The notes under the pieces are model-generated. The model was not told where the DNA came from. It made no database searches and worked only from the letters and a program-made list of their open reading frames with translations. This document shows positions 38,801-48,955 of a stretch of DNA of 63,347 bases, piece by piece (position 1 is the stretch's first letter; each line of letters starts with the position of its first letter). The position numbers were made by a program, and so were the translations under genes. This DNA comes from Oculina patagonica (Eukaryota), in NCBI RefSeq assembly GCF_052425735.1, contig NC_135767.1, positions 22,196,001 to 22,259,347 on the forward strand, in the 5' to 3' direction.

Positions 38801-41800
38801 CATTTGAACAAAGATTAATCTGGAAGGCCAAAAATATCGAGGTATCTCGGTGGAGAAAGGTGGTTGTAGACCTTCCCAATGATATTGACGAGTATAGACT
38901 TTTGTTTGAAGGCGAATGTGAAGATGGGAGATCTTACTTGAGAAATTACGTCACTGTCGACAACTTAGAATTAAGAAGCTGCCGCTCAAATAAAGGTTTG
39001 CTGTTCTTCCTCTTTTAAAAATAAATAAACCGCGTACTTAACCCTTAATTAATATGCTGAAATTTCTCCAAAAAACAGGTTTTTTTTAACCGTTAATGGA
39101 GTTTCTTGGCTCTACGGTCCTAAATTTCTCTAAACTTTGCTAGAAATGCACTTTCTGACACGGCAGTAGGTTTTTGATGCAATTTCCATGTAAAAATGTA
39201 CAACATTTTACTTGGCGCATGCGCATAAGCCTTTTTTTTGCTGAACCGTTCCGATTTTTTTCCCTTGCTCCTTTCCTTTTCGTTTTTCTCTACAGGACAA
39301 CTCGGATTAATATTAATCCGCGGATTATAATAATAATAGATTATAATAGGATTATTATAATCCAGTAATAGATTATTATAATCTAGTAATAGATTATTAT
39401 AATCCAGTAATAGATTATTATAATCCAGTAATAGATTAAGGCACGGCAAAAAATTGGAAGGATTAGATTATTATTAATATTATAATCCGGATTAATATTA
39501 ATCTCTATTATAATCCCGATAAAATTCCTTGAATGTTCGGATAAAAGATGCACTATTTGACTATTTGACAGATATGTATATGACAAACACACTGCAGACT
39601 TAAAACAAAGGACTGACAGAACATAAGTCACTAATCACATCCGTCAATTGTAAATTAAGGTGACGGGCCTACACGACTCCTACACTGTACGTTCGTAACA
39701 TTTGTACCTTTGCCGTTCCATCTTAAGTTCAGTCTTTCGACCTTATTTGCATCTGACTTCTTTCTGAGGGTACTGTTTTTATTTGGAGGCATTTTGTATT
39801 GAATAGAGCCTCAAGATTGTGTCCAAGGAAGAGTCTAGAGGTCATTAGTCCGCGCTGCGTGGTTCCCGTTTGTAGAGTTGAATGACACCTCTAAATCTGT
39901 ACTCTGCCACGTTGTGCTAGTTCAGTTTGTTTTGGCTCAATTATATTTGCAAGATATGCTTTAGGCTCAAAATGTTCGCACTGGAAGGACAAGATAAGAT
40001 ATGAAATGTTCCGTGAAAATGTAAACTACTTGCATTTTATTTACGCCGAGCCCTGCATTTTAATCAATACTGTTGCAAGATGTATTGTCTTATCACGGAT
40101 TATCTTGGTCCGGCTTCACCACAGACTGGTTCAACTTTACTATGAAAAATCTGAAAGTTGGTTTCAGAGAGACACTCTGTGTTGTGAAGGCTATGCTTCT
40201 TGCACTATTTTGATCAAGCGCTCTGTCTTTTTAGCTCGATGTTTAGGATTTTTTACCTCCCTTGTTCGTTGCGTTGGGTTGGCACCATTTGAAATCTTCC
40301 ACGCGCAAGTCTGTTTACTATTTTGCGTTTTGTATATGCCAGTATATGGTTCAGTTTGGAAGCTTTGAACTAGGATTGAGTTGTTGAGATTAATTATTAA
40401 GATTAATATTAATCCGATTAATATTAATCGTACATACGATTAATATTAATCCTAATGGATTAAGGCACGGCTCAAACCTCAGTAATAGATTATAATAATC
40501 TATTACTGGATTATAATAATCTATAACTGGATTATAATAATCTATTACTGGATTATAATAATCATTAGGATTAATATTAATCCGATTAATATTAATCCGA
40601 GTTGTCCTGTCTCTACTTTCTTATTCTCCCTATCTTTTACTCTGTGCACCCCTTCTACTGGCCTGAAAAAGTTTGATCTTAATCAGTGGAAAACCCTGGA
40701 AAGGAGACCATGATCAAATACGGGTATATTGGCCTGTTTTAGCACCAATTTTACACCAAAAGCTGATCACGTTTTTTTTTTTTTCGATTAGCTCTGTCAG
40801 AATGCAGTCAATAGTCAAGACGGATACTCCTGTGGAAAGATCTATCCAAACTCTATAAGCTGCACGTCACAAAAATCTGCTGACGTGTAAATTGGTGACG
40901 TCATAAGTGGCTGAATGGCCATTCCTCCAAATCCCGGAATAATCCGGACTTAGCATATTAAGGGTTAATTTAGGATACATTAAATGCCATAGCAGTGAGG
41001 TTGTCGTAGGGCATGGCTCTTCTGCAGTCTCGGCAGCAGAGAGTTATGATTTAAAAAAATCTCAAAAATTACTAACAGTTCTATTTTTGACGATCGCCGA
41101 AATGATCAGGCCTAAAACAATTTGATTCATTTTTGTCTATTTCAGTACCGTTTAAATGTTTTCTACCTTAGTGACTGAGGTTGTAAACTTTTCAAAGTGA
41201 TTAAATTATCTTTTAACTTTTATGCCAAGATTATTCATGTATATCGTATATAACGTATTAAATAGTTTTAGCCAAACCTAAAAGCGGAGCTCCCGGGTAA
41301 TTTACTTTGCCCTTCACTGACCTTAAAAAAAATAGGACTTGAGCCCGCGATCAAATAGAAAAACCATTTTCCCGTCAGCGGTCAACTTTAAAAAAAAACG
41401 TGACCTCGATGAGTTATACACCTGAGCCCGCGATATGGTCACGTGATGCTGGTCAGCGGACACCTTGTATTGACTGCTGTCAATTGACCATAACTTGGAT
41501 GCCCAGTATCAAAGAGGTTAGGGTTAATCAGGCTCCTGGGTTAATCTATTTCTAGAGTGCACGACGTACGTACGTCGTACGCGCCCGCGAGCAATGCCGC
41601 TAGCCATGATGACCATGAAAACTCAAGTTCATGGTTTTCCTAATTCTGTAGATTTTCTACGGGTATGGGGCTCCGCTATCATCAACCATGGTAATTTACC
41701 GAAATACTTTTTTTAACCGCACCCAATTGTCAAGTAGCCAATTAAAAGCCAAAAACCAAGTCAGTGACCTGATATCGCCGAATTATTGGTCGAAGGAAGG

Positions 41801-44800
41801 TACGGCAAAACTCGAATCGTGGCACGATTAAACGAGCCTGTTCTACTCAGTGCCGATTAGAAAGGTACGATTAAATCTAGTTTTATCTAAATACTTTCTC
41901 TTTTCTGCAGGAGAACACCGCATTTCTAACAGTGTATTCAGTGGCAGCATCCTCCAAGCCATAAACTATACTTCTGTGGCCGATGGAAGCGATAAACGAC
42001 CTAGTTTCACAATTGAAAGGTGTAAAATCACTGACACGGCTATCTCTGCCACAAACGTCAGCCAAAATAGCGCTATTTCACTTGATATTCAAGACAATAA
42101 ATTCACGCTCGCCAACAACTTTATCTCTGGAAACCGTTTAGGTGGCATTCATGCGTGGTTAGGGCGAAGCGATACAACAAACTTACCAAGAAGCTTGATA
42201 TACGGCAACACGTTCTCTAGTAATGCAAACGGAACAATTCTCGTGGAAGGAAGAATCGGAAGGAAAAGCAGTTTTGTTAGCACTGTGGACAACATATTTG
42301 AAAGCAATCTGGGCAATGGTAGCACCATAAAACTTTCTGAGGTACAAAGCGAGATCATAAACAATTTTATCTACAACAACTCTGGGTTATTCACGTTAGA
42401 ATACAACTCTTCCAGTGATCGGCCCAAAGGACAGAAGTGTGAGTTAAATACATTCTATCTCAACAAAGGTCTTGGACAGAGCTATGGTGTGACTGTTTTG
42501 TCCAACGGACCAATGGAATACCAAAAAAACAATTTCAAGAATCCGTCGAATCTTTACGAATTTAGTTCAACAACACAGACAGTTTCTGAGCCCATTGATG
42601 CAACACAGAACTGGTGGGGCGTTAAAGGGGATGCATTGGTTGCCTCACGCATCTATGATAAAAAGGACGACTACAGACTTGCAGCTGTGGAATTTAGACC
42701 ATATGAGAAGTGGCGGCCAAGAAACATTTTATCACGTAAGTACGAGAGGGGCTGTGTCCTGTAAAATCTGGTCATAGCTTCGGGATCAGGAGGCCGGGGA
42801 TCGATTCCGACCAATGAATACAAAGTAAACAGTACTTCTATGCACTTACGGCTTCGGTATGAGATGGCCACAAAACAATTAAAAATTTTCCCCACTGTTG
42901 GTACAGGGACTATTATTATATTGTTTTTACAATTATTGTCTTTGTTCGATTCCTTACTTTGTTTACTGGAAAGAGCCCGACAAGTGAACGTATAGAACCC
43001 AGCTTTTTTTTTTTAATTTCAGGTTAGTTTTTAATAATAGTTTTTAATTCTTAGGTATTTTTCGTTTTATTGTATATAGTCTTATTAAGTATTTTTAATC
43101 TTAGTTAGGACCTTTCTGAAAACCACTGTATAGTGAATGAAGGCTTCCTAATAAAAGATTATTATTATTATTATTATTTAGCTTGCAAAGGCGGCTTAAC
43201 GGACAGCAGCGACTCTCTTTTGTAAAAACGTTTCACTCGTTTCGTGAGATTACGGATAGGGTAACTCGAAGCTATTCCAATTCGAGTAATATAAATTGTT
43301 ATATTTTATGTAGTTGTCGCACTAACTGTGTTGATATTATTATTCAGCTTACTGTCCCGCCAACTGGCAAAACGTAAGATCGACGTGCTTTGTGTTTAGA
43401 GGTGGAAGTAGGACGCTAATGGAAGCCAAAGAATACTGCCAGGTTAGCAATTTACTAAGGCAGCTGTTATCGTTAGTATCTAAGTAATACGAGACCACGT
43501 GTTTTAACTTCTTATCGGCTTAATGAAGATGTGAGGCGAGGTTTCTTGTCAACAACTCATGTGGTTTGTTCCACGCGATCTTAACTGCATGCCTTTCAAG
43601 AAATAACAATAGCTACGATGTTCTGTGAGGCCCACTGCTTCATCATCCTCCAAACCCATACTGCACACCCTTGTGATCCCAGTTCGTGATCACTGACTAA
43701 ATACATAATCCGAGAGAGTGCTTGTAGGACGTCAGCCAACAATAATAATTGACAAAATCTTCTAGAACTCAGTTTTTTGGAGATGCACCAAAATGGCACC
43801 TGTATTTGAGAAACAGAAAACATGTTCCGTGTTTCTGTCCAGCTATTAAAAACAGGAGGGGAAGTCTGGGAAAACGAGAAATGCTGTTGGAACACCAGCC
43901 GATAGGCAAGGTGTTTTCTAAAACCTCGGGGGTGGAAGCGGAATCATTGGACTTTGGATATTCATGATTCCTGTCTTATTTTACCTCGATGATTCATGAT
44001 TCATTTATAAATTTTATTCAATATTCATGATTCATTATCATTCTTTTCACCCAGCTTTCAAAATAACGTGTTACCAGTTTCTGTTGTTTTTCACTTACAG
44101 GCTGGTTGCGCATTCTGGTTCCCTGCTAACAGAGTCTCCTTTTCCAAGTGGAGACTCTTCTGGCATGGAAATATGCCGGAAGGCGATGTAAAATATTTTC
44201 AGTCATCAAATTATTTCTAAATACTCATTGTGGGTAACATACTTGATCACTGTGAAGCCAAGGGTACAGTCGTGTTTCCATTGCTTTCCTATAGGGGGGT
44301 CTGGGGCATGCTCCCCCAGGAAATTTTGAAAATAATATGCTCAGAAATGCGATTTCAGGCCATTTCTGAAAGATATTTGTCAAGAATCTAGTAAAGTTTA
44401 CTTTTTGCTACATTCTATATTCACAAGCAATCAATATCGATGGAAGCATTCATTTGTTATTCATGATTCTTTTGACCATCTCCGTTATTCATGATTCCCA
44501 AGTTTTAAACACAAAAATTCATGATTCCTACCAATTTTACAGCTATGATTCATGATTCATGATTCATGATTCCGCTTCCACCCCCGATAAAACCAGCCGC
44601 ACACTAGAGCAACTAGCTGAGCTATTCGCCTGACGTGCTCGCTTGCTCAGCCATTTACTCACTGCACATTTCACCGCAGACAGTGAAGAAAGTGCCTAGC
44701 GAGCTTGATTCGGAAGCCGCCATGTTGAAGCACGTGAGCATTTTGGGTGTTTTTATTGATGAGTTAAAATTTCTGGCTTAGCAAGTAGCTCACGTCGCCC

Positions 44801-47800
44801 GCACAAGTTGAGGTTTTTACCTATCGAGGCAAAAAATATCAAACACGATAAATATTTTCTTCAAGGCCTCGCGAGGTAACGCACGCGAGACGGTTAGCTC
44901 TGCTGGATCCTATAGTGTGCGGCCGGCTTAATCCTCTTTATAACTGCTTCTAAAAAAGAGGGCACCTTTAAATATGTCGCCATATTACTGTTGTAGAAAT
45001 TATAATATAAGGAGATCATAGAGGAGAAAAGCGGTCGTCAGGCGAAAAAGTGCACAATTTAATTTTGGCCACGAACGTAAAATTTAGATTATGTAGCCCT
45101 TGAGTCATAATAATACGGTAGAATGTTTCCAAAGTACACAATTCGTTCTGCCATAATTTTGTGAACGTTGTATATCGATTGTGTTATAGTACTATGGAGG
45201 ACATGTGGCATCGACTTATATACCAGAAGATATGGACTTTATCAACATGGCAATGCAGGCACCAAGACCAGATGGAAAACCACCTGTGCCTATGTGGATA
45301 ACAACAGAGGAAAACGCGGTAAGTGCTTATTCTGGGTCGAAAGAGTAACTATATAATAATGTTCTATTGTTGTGTCCTTGACTCTTCTTCGCCCGTCTGT
45401 AAATTGTGATATTAATTTTAGAGACATCTCTCTTTACCCAGTAGGGTGCTTCTCATTAATCACAACTGGCCGACTGGTGTGGTGCTTTTGAATGTTAACT
45501 GGGTCTTTTCCATACGATTTTGTCCCACAAATCTACCGCAACAGTGGATAATACTTATGTGTTAGACTGATTTGACAGGACAAATCTGACTAAAAAAACG
45601 GAGATCTCTTTTCGAATAAACCGGTCTGGCTGGCTAGTTCTGACTAATGAAAAGCGCCCCCAGTTAGATAAATGACCTTAGGTCGTATTGTGTGATCGTC
45701 CGGGTGAGAGTAGTTCTGAGAAGAACTGTTGTTGGTGACTGATGTTTCGACAACCTGAGCGGAAGTCATCATCTTCAGAGCCAAGTGACTTGAAGATGAA
45801 GATGACTCTGAAGATGACTTCCGCTCAGGTTGTCGAAACGTCAGTCACCAACAACAGTTCTTCTCAGAACTACTCTCACCCGGACGATCACACAATACGA
45901 CGTGACCTACTGATACTCCTGGCCAAACCATTTACTATATAAATGACCTGGTTATAAATTGTTAAGGTAACCACGAAGAATACTGGACTGCAAACTCCGA
46001 TGAACTAGAATCCATGAGGGGACGTTTTACTATATAGACTCTCAATAAACGCTTCATGACATGAGAAACCATGCATAAACATTGACCTGGTAGACCAATG
46101 AAGTGAGCGCTTGACTCCATCAGCTCAATCAGCAAGATCAGCAAGCCAATAAAATTAGTTTTATAGTGGAATAGTATTTCACTATCGTGCATTAACACAT
46201 AATATAACACACGCTTGCTCCATTTCTTTCTTTGCTTTAATTTGTCTCTTATATAAAACGCAAACTTGTTACTTTTTGACCAGATAAAGCGTCGTTTAGT
46301 CTTCGAGTGAGCAGCATGCAGCTGTGTTTTAATGGAGCAAAACGTTAACTTTGCCAATGCTGATTAGTGATCGACCAAAATAGGATAATGTTTCTCACAA
46401 TGAAAGATGTAATTCTGTTCAATTCTACAGGTGGAAGGTAAAAGTGGTAAACGAAGAAAACAGCCGTGTACCGTGATAACACAGGACAGGGTTCAGAAAA
46501 TCGTTCCGTGCAGCAGTCTTTATCCCTTTGTTTGCACAACAGCAGCTCGTAAGCTACATGTTTTCAAATAAAAAAAATCATATGGGTGATACCATTTTGA
46601 CAGAAAAGGCACCCCTTTCGTATATCTTTTACTGACAAAAGGTACCCCTTTCATATACTGAAAAGACAGGACAAATGTCTAAAACAGGAAGTCTTGATGC
46701 CATTTTTATGTAGCGTTTAATAAATTTAAATGATACCTCCATAAGGTGTGTCTGTTCCAAATATTTTAATTGAAGGCCTTTTTAAATACCTAAATGAGCG
46801 ATATCCCTACTCTTTTCTATACCTTAGCTTGTGAAATTCCGACCCTTTTATATACCTGAAGCATGAAAAAGGTACCCCTTTCGGGCGGAGCCTCCCCGTA
46901 TAGGCCAATATAGGGAGTGCCCCCCCCCCCCGGTTTCCATACCTTTTAATTCTTGTATACGCCCTTAATGTGTTTTGCGGTTTGTCCATTGCAAAATATT
47001 ACGGGATGATTGGACATTTCGTATTTAGTTGTTTTACTTTTAGAACAGTATTCTCACCAAGAACTTAAGTCACTCTGCTATCAGTAAAAACTTTAAGGAT
47101 TCTATTTTTTATTTTTATTGACAGCTCCTGCTATTCAATGCTATGTATGCACTGACCATCCCGAATTTACTGGAGGGACCAAGTGCGACAACGAAAACAC
47201 TGGAAAGATCACTTGCCCTATGAGTTATGATAAATGCATGATAATGAAATACACCATGTCACTTGGACAAATGGGCTCAGTATCAGGAGAGCTTAGGAAC
47301 TGCTCCAACAGTCCTTCTTGTGACCCGAAAAGCGACTTCTACAGTAAGTGAAAGAATAGCTATTATTTCAAGGTTTTTTTCTTTATTACGGTGCAACAAA
47401 AGAGAATTTGCAATTGATGCAAAATCACAGTAGCTGTATACCTCAGTTGCGTGTTCTTTATATGTTTCTTGGCCAAAGATTTTTTTCTTTTTTGATAAAG
47501 TCATTTTGCCAAAAAGGGTCAAAATGTTCTGATATAATAACGTAGACATTACTAGTCTCTTAATTGGAAATAGTTGAGCATCAGAGTAGTGACTTATGTT
47601 TCCGTGGCTGTTGACTGAATTGCAACTACAAACGTTCACTGAAAATTTTAAGGGGAAGTGACCTGCTGACTGAACCAGTCAAGTTTACACCCAGGGATGT
47701 GAATTGATACTGACAAATCGCTTGGAGTAACCTGCTAAAATCTCGCAAGGTCACTTTCCATGCACTTAGCTTTACCCTAATTATAGATTTGGTGTGAACT

Positions 47801-48147
47801 TAGAGCCCGAAGTGCCGTGCACAGTACTATTAATTTTTGACAATCTTTTGTTCTTTTTTTTTTTAATTCCAGCCTGCGCTATGTCAAACATTACTGGCAT
47901 GTTGACTGACTGTTCGCTTGAATGTTGTCAAGGAAACCTGTGCAACCTGCCCGGGGAGAAACCAACAACTAAGCCAACAGCAAGTGCAGTTGTACTCAAA
48001 CCACCTAAACCAACAAGTACCACCTTGGTTTATAATTCAACCGACCAGACGACACACAAACCACCCAAACCAAAAAGTGCAGGATTGGAATTGGCTACAA
48101 GTTCAAGCGCCATTTTGACGGCTTTAGTTCTAATTATGTTTGCATGA
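20400..48147 (+). CDS. Gene B: bark beetle/Anakonda-like giant secreted protein (3 SRCR/beta-helix/CUB-like modules, MAM, C-type lectin) predicted to end in a Ly6/uPAR domain + GPI signal; about 2981 aa
   Basis: Coding exons 20400-20855, 21331-21481, 21785-22245, 24211-24469, 24804-27566, 28296-30989, 37816-37947, 38339-38500, 38789-38995, 41911-42735, 43348-43442, 45190-45318, 46431-46548, 47125-47343, 47873-48147. Total 8946 bp, all GT-AG, frame conserved. The join 46548->47125 is predicted from phase only. Confidence 0.8.
21034..21283. mobile_element. hAT-like MITE in gene B intron 1
   Basis: TAGGGGT..ACCCCTG ends and many GCTCGC subterminal motifs; absent from the paralogous intron of gene A (about 6715). 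Confidence 0.65.
21331..21481 (+). CDS. Gene B exon 2 (SRCR core)
   Basis: [43 protein letters not shown]; cacag| and |gtaagt boundaries. Confidence 0.9.
21785..22245 (+). CDS. Gene B exon 3
   Basis: [21 protein letters not shown]...VNCAK; ttccag| and |gtatgt boundaries. Confidence 0.9.
22470..23660. repeat. Inserted repeat in gene B intron 3 with internal ~240-bp tandem duplication
   Basis: Absent in the gene A intron; ccacattgcatt..agttgaacgagt..gcaag occurs twice (about 22689-22925 and 22930-23152). Confidence 0.6.
24211..24469 (+). CDS. Gene B exon 4 (CUB-like)
   Basis: [35 protein letters not shown]. Confidence 0.85.
24804..27566 (+). CDS. Gene B exon 5 (beta-helix, SRCR 2, CUB-like)
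   Basis: Lies within ORF 24767..27634; 2763 bp, phase 1-1; [33 protein letters not shown] motifs. Confidence 0.92.
28296..30989 (+). CDS. Gene B exon 6 (beta-helix, SRCR 3, CUB-like)
   Basis: Lies within ORF 28205..31018; [36 protein letters not shown] motifs; donor AAGG|gtaagt. Confidence 0.9.
32346..33620. mobile_element. PIF/Harbinger-like TIR element (TAA TSD) nested in the CACAG element
   Basis: About 60-bp TIR TGCAT(C/T)AGTCAATTGAAACCCCGGCCCCCCGAC; TAA at 32343-32345 and 33621-33623. Confidence 0.78.
32735..33400 (+). pseudogene. Degenerate Penelope-like reverse transcriptase fragment
   Basis: Frameshifted peptides [81 protein letters not shown]. Confidence 0.72.
34479..34709. mobile_element. 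Kolobok-like MITE
   Basis: TTAA|AGGACCC ... GGGTCCT|TTAA. Confidence 0.6.
35211..35497. mobile_element. Harbinger-like MITE
   Basis: TAA|AGGTCTCCACA ... TGTGGAGACCT|TAA. Confidence 0.7.
35714..35777. mobile_element. 64-bp mini TIR element (TAG termini, Academ/hAT-like)
   Basis: TAGCCTG..CAGGCTA flanked by the 8-bp duplication GGTGTTTG. Confidence 0.65.
37816..38995 (+). CDS. Gene B exons 7-9 (MAM-like domain): 37816-37947, 38339-38500, 38789-38995
   Basis: [68 protein letters not shown] matches the MAM consensus pattern; three phase-1 exons. Confidence 0.85.
39042..40964. mobile_element. piggyBac-like MITE interrupted by a second element
   Basis: TTAA|CCCTTAA..TATGCT ... AGCATATTAAGGG|TTAA; related copies end at about 18950 and 10413. 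Confidence 0.7.
39293..40609. mobile_element. TIR element with subterminal 21-bp tandem arrays
   Basis: CAGGACAACTCGGATTAATATTAATC at both ends; TCTCTA duplicated on the flanks; (ATAATCCAGTAATAGATTATT)n at left and inverted at right. Confidence 0.8.
41911..42735 (+). CDS. Gene B exon 10 (beta-helix)
   Basis: Lies within ORF 41850..42764; [16 protein letters not shown] motif; ctgcag| and |gtaagt boundaries. Confidence 0.88.
43348..46548 (+). CDS. Gene B exons 11-13 (C-type lectin-like domain): 43348-43442, 45190-45318, 46431-46548
   Basis: [23 protein letters not shown]|[15 protein letters not shown]|..[17 protein letters not shown] gives the CTLD cysteine/Trp pattern. Not in the ORF track; read manually. 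Confidence 0.82.
43926..44587. mobile_element. MITE with 7-bp TSD
   Basis: TCGGGGGTGGAAGCGGAATCAT TIRs; TAAAACC on both flanks; TTCATGA heptamer repeats. Confidence 0.75.
45679..45938. mobile_element. Penelope-like inverted terminal-repeat insertion (near-perfect ~100-bp-arm palindrome)
   Basis: Arms about 45682-45780 and 45806-45901; 11-bp TSD ATAAATGACCT at 45668-45678 and 45939-45949. Confidence 0.78.
45803..45847 (+). ncRNA. Minimal type I hammerhead ribozyme motif
   Basis: TGACT-CTGAAGA-T-GAC..GTC-GAAA-CG-TC-AGTCA; GUC cleavage triplet, palindromic ACGT stem III. Confidence 0.72.
46590..46933 (-). repeat. Dispersed MITE-like repeat; related head at about 19975-20070
   Basis: The reverse complement ccggggggg..ctccctata..ggcctatacgggg resembles ccccggggggatactcccttatatgggctatatagg; repeated tacccctttc motifs. 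Confidence 0.55.
47125..48147 (+). CDS. Ly6/uPAR (three-finger) domain exons 47125-47343 and 47873-48147 with Pro/Thr/Lys stalk and GPI signal; predicted last exons of gene B
   Basis: IQCYVC..C..C..C..RNC..C..|[11 protein letters not shown]; hydrophobic C-terminus [13 protein letters not shown]; AATAAA near 48312. Confidence 0.88.
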
Positions 48148-48576
48148 TTTAATGAAAGTGTACGCTATATCGATCGCTTGTCCTTTTTTAATACTTTTAT
48201 GAATGAAACTCTAGCTATCATAATTCTAAAGCTAGTACGATATTGTTTCCAACTTATTCTAGTTTGTGACACTTTCTGAGCTGTATAAGAAATAAGCCAA
48301 TTTTTCTTTTCAATAAAATAGTTGTTGCATTTTGACTTGTGATACCTTTGGTTTACATGCTTAATTTGCCAAAATCATTTTCTGCCCCTCCCACCCCTCC
48401 CCCCCCCCCCAACACACACGCACACACACCACTTATCTAAAATCAAAATCTCACTTATTACTAGTCGTCTCTTATGAGAAAAAGTGTTTCCTTCTTACCT
48501 TTATCTGTTGCGCTCTACCTTTTTTACTTACAGCGAGAAACGCTCTATATATACGTAACGTTACTCATGTACTGAA

Positions 48577-48955
48577 TGGGATCTGAACCCATGAACTCCG
48601 CGATACCAGTACCTTGCTCTATCAACTGAGCTATGAAGCCTTGATACAATGGGAGCAGGTCAATCGTGGGTCCTAATGTCCCGCATGTGGAGTAGATGAC
48701 AAAGTGACTATATGAAAGACATATATTATGTGAACTGCGAAAATGACTGAATGATCCTCGCAGTGCGCAGCAAATAAGCAATTGCATTTTTTAGCCTGAA
48801 AAAACAACCAAGGCTATAACGGTATTTGAACTCATGACGTTCGGTTTCGCTGAGGTCATAGCTTCAAATACCGTTATAGCCTTCATTTTTTTTTTCAGGC
48901 TAAACAATGCAATTGCTTAAATTGCTTATGCACTGCACGAGGATTATTTCATTAA
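48577..48955. mobile_element. tRNA-derived SINE-like fragments forming a foldback
   Basis: Minus-strand A/B-box-like head (ggcttcatagctcagttgatagagca..gggttcagatccc); 48750-48838 is inverted at 48853-48952. Confidence 0.6.

Noticed and set aside
39345-39440. 21-bp repeats / LLLDYNN repeat ORF as CRISPR or repeat protein
   Set aside because: Head-to-tail repeats with no spacers; they are subterminal arrays of a transposon in a eukaryotic intron.
39890-39995. Minus-strand CEHFEP resembling a THAP motif in the TIR element
   Set aside because: Short, with no upstream C2CH residues or open frame.
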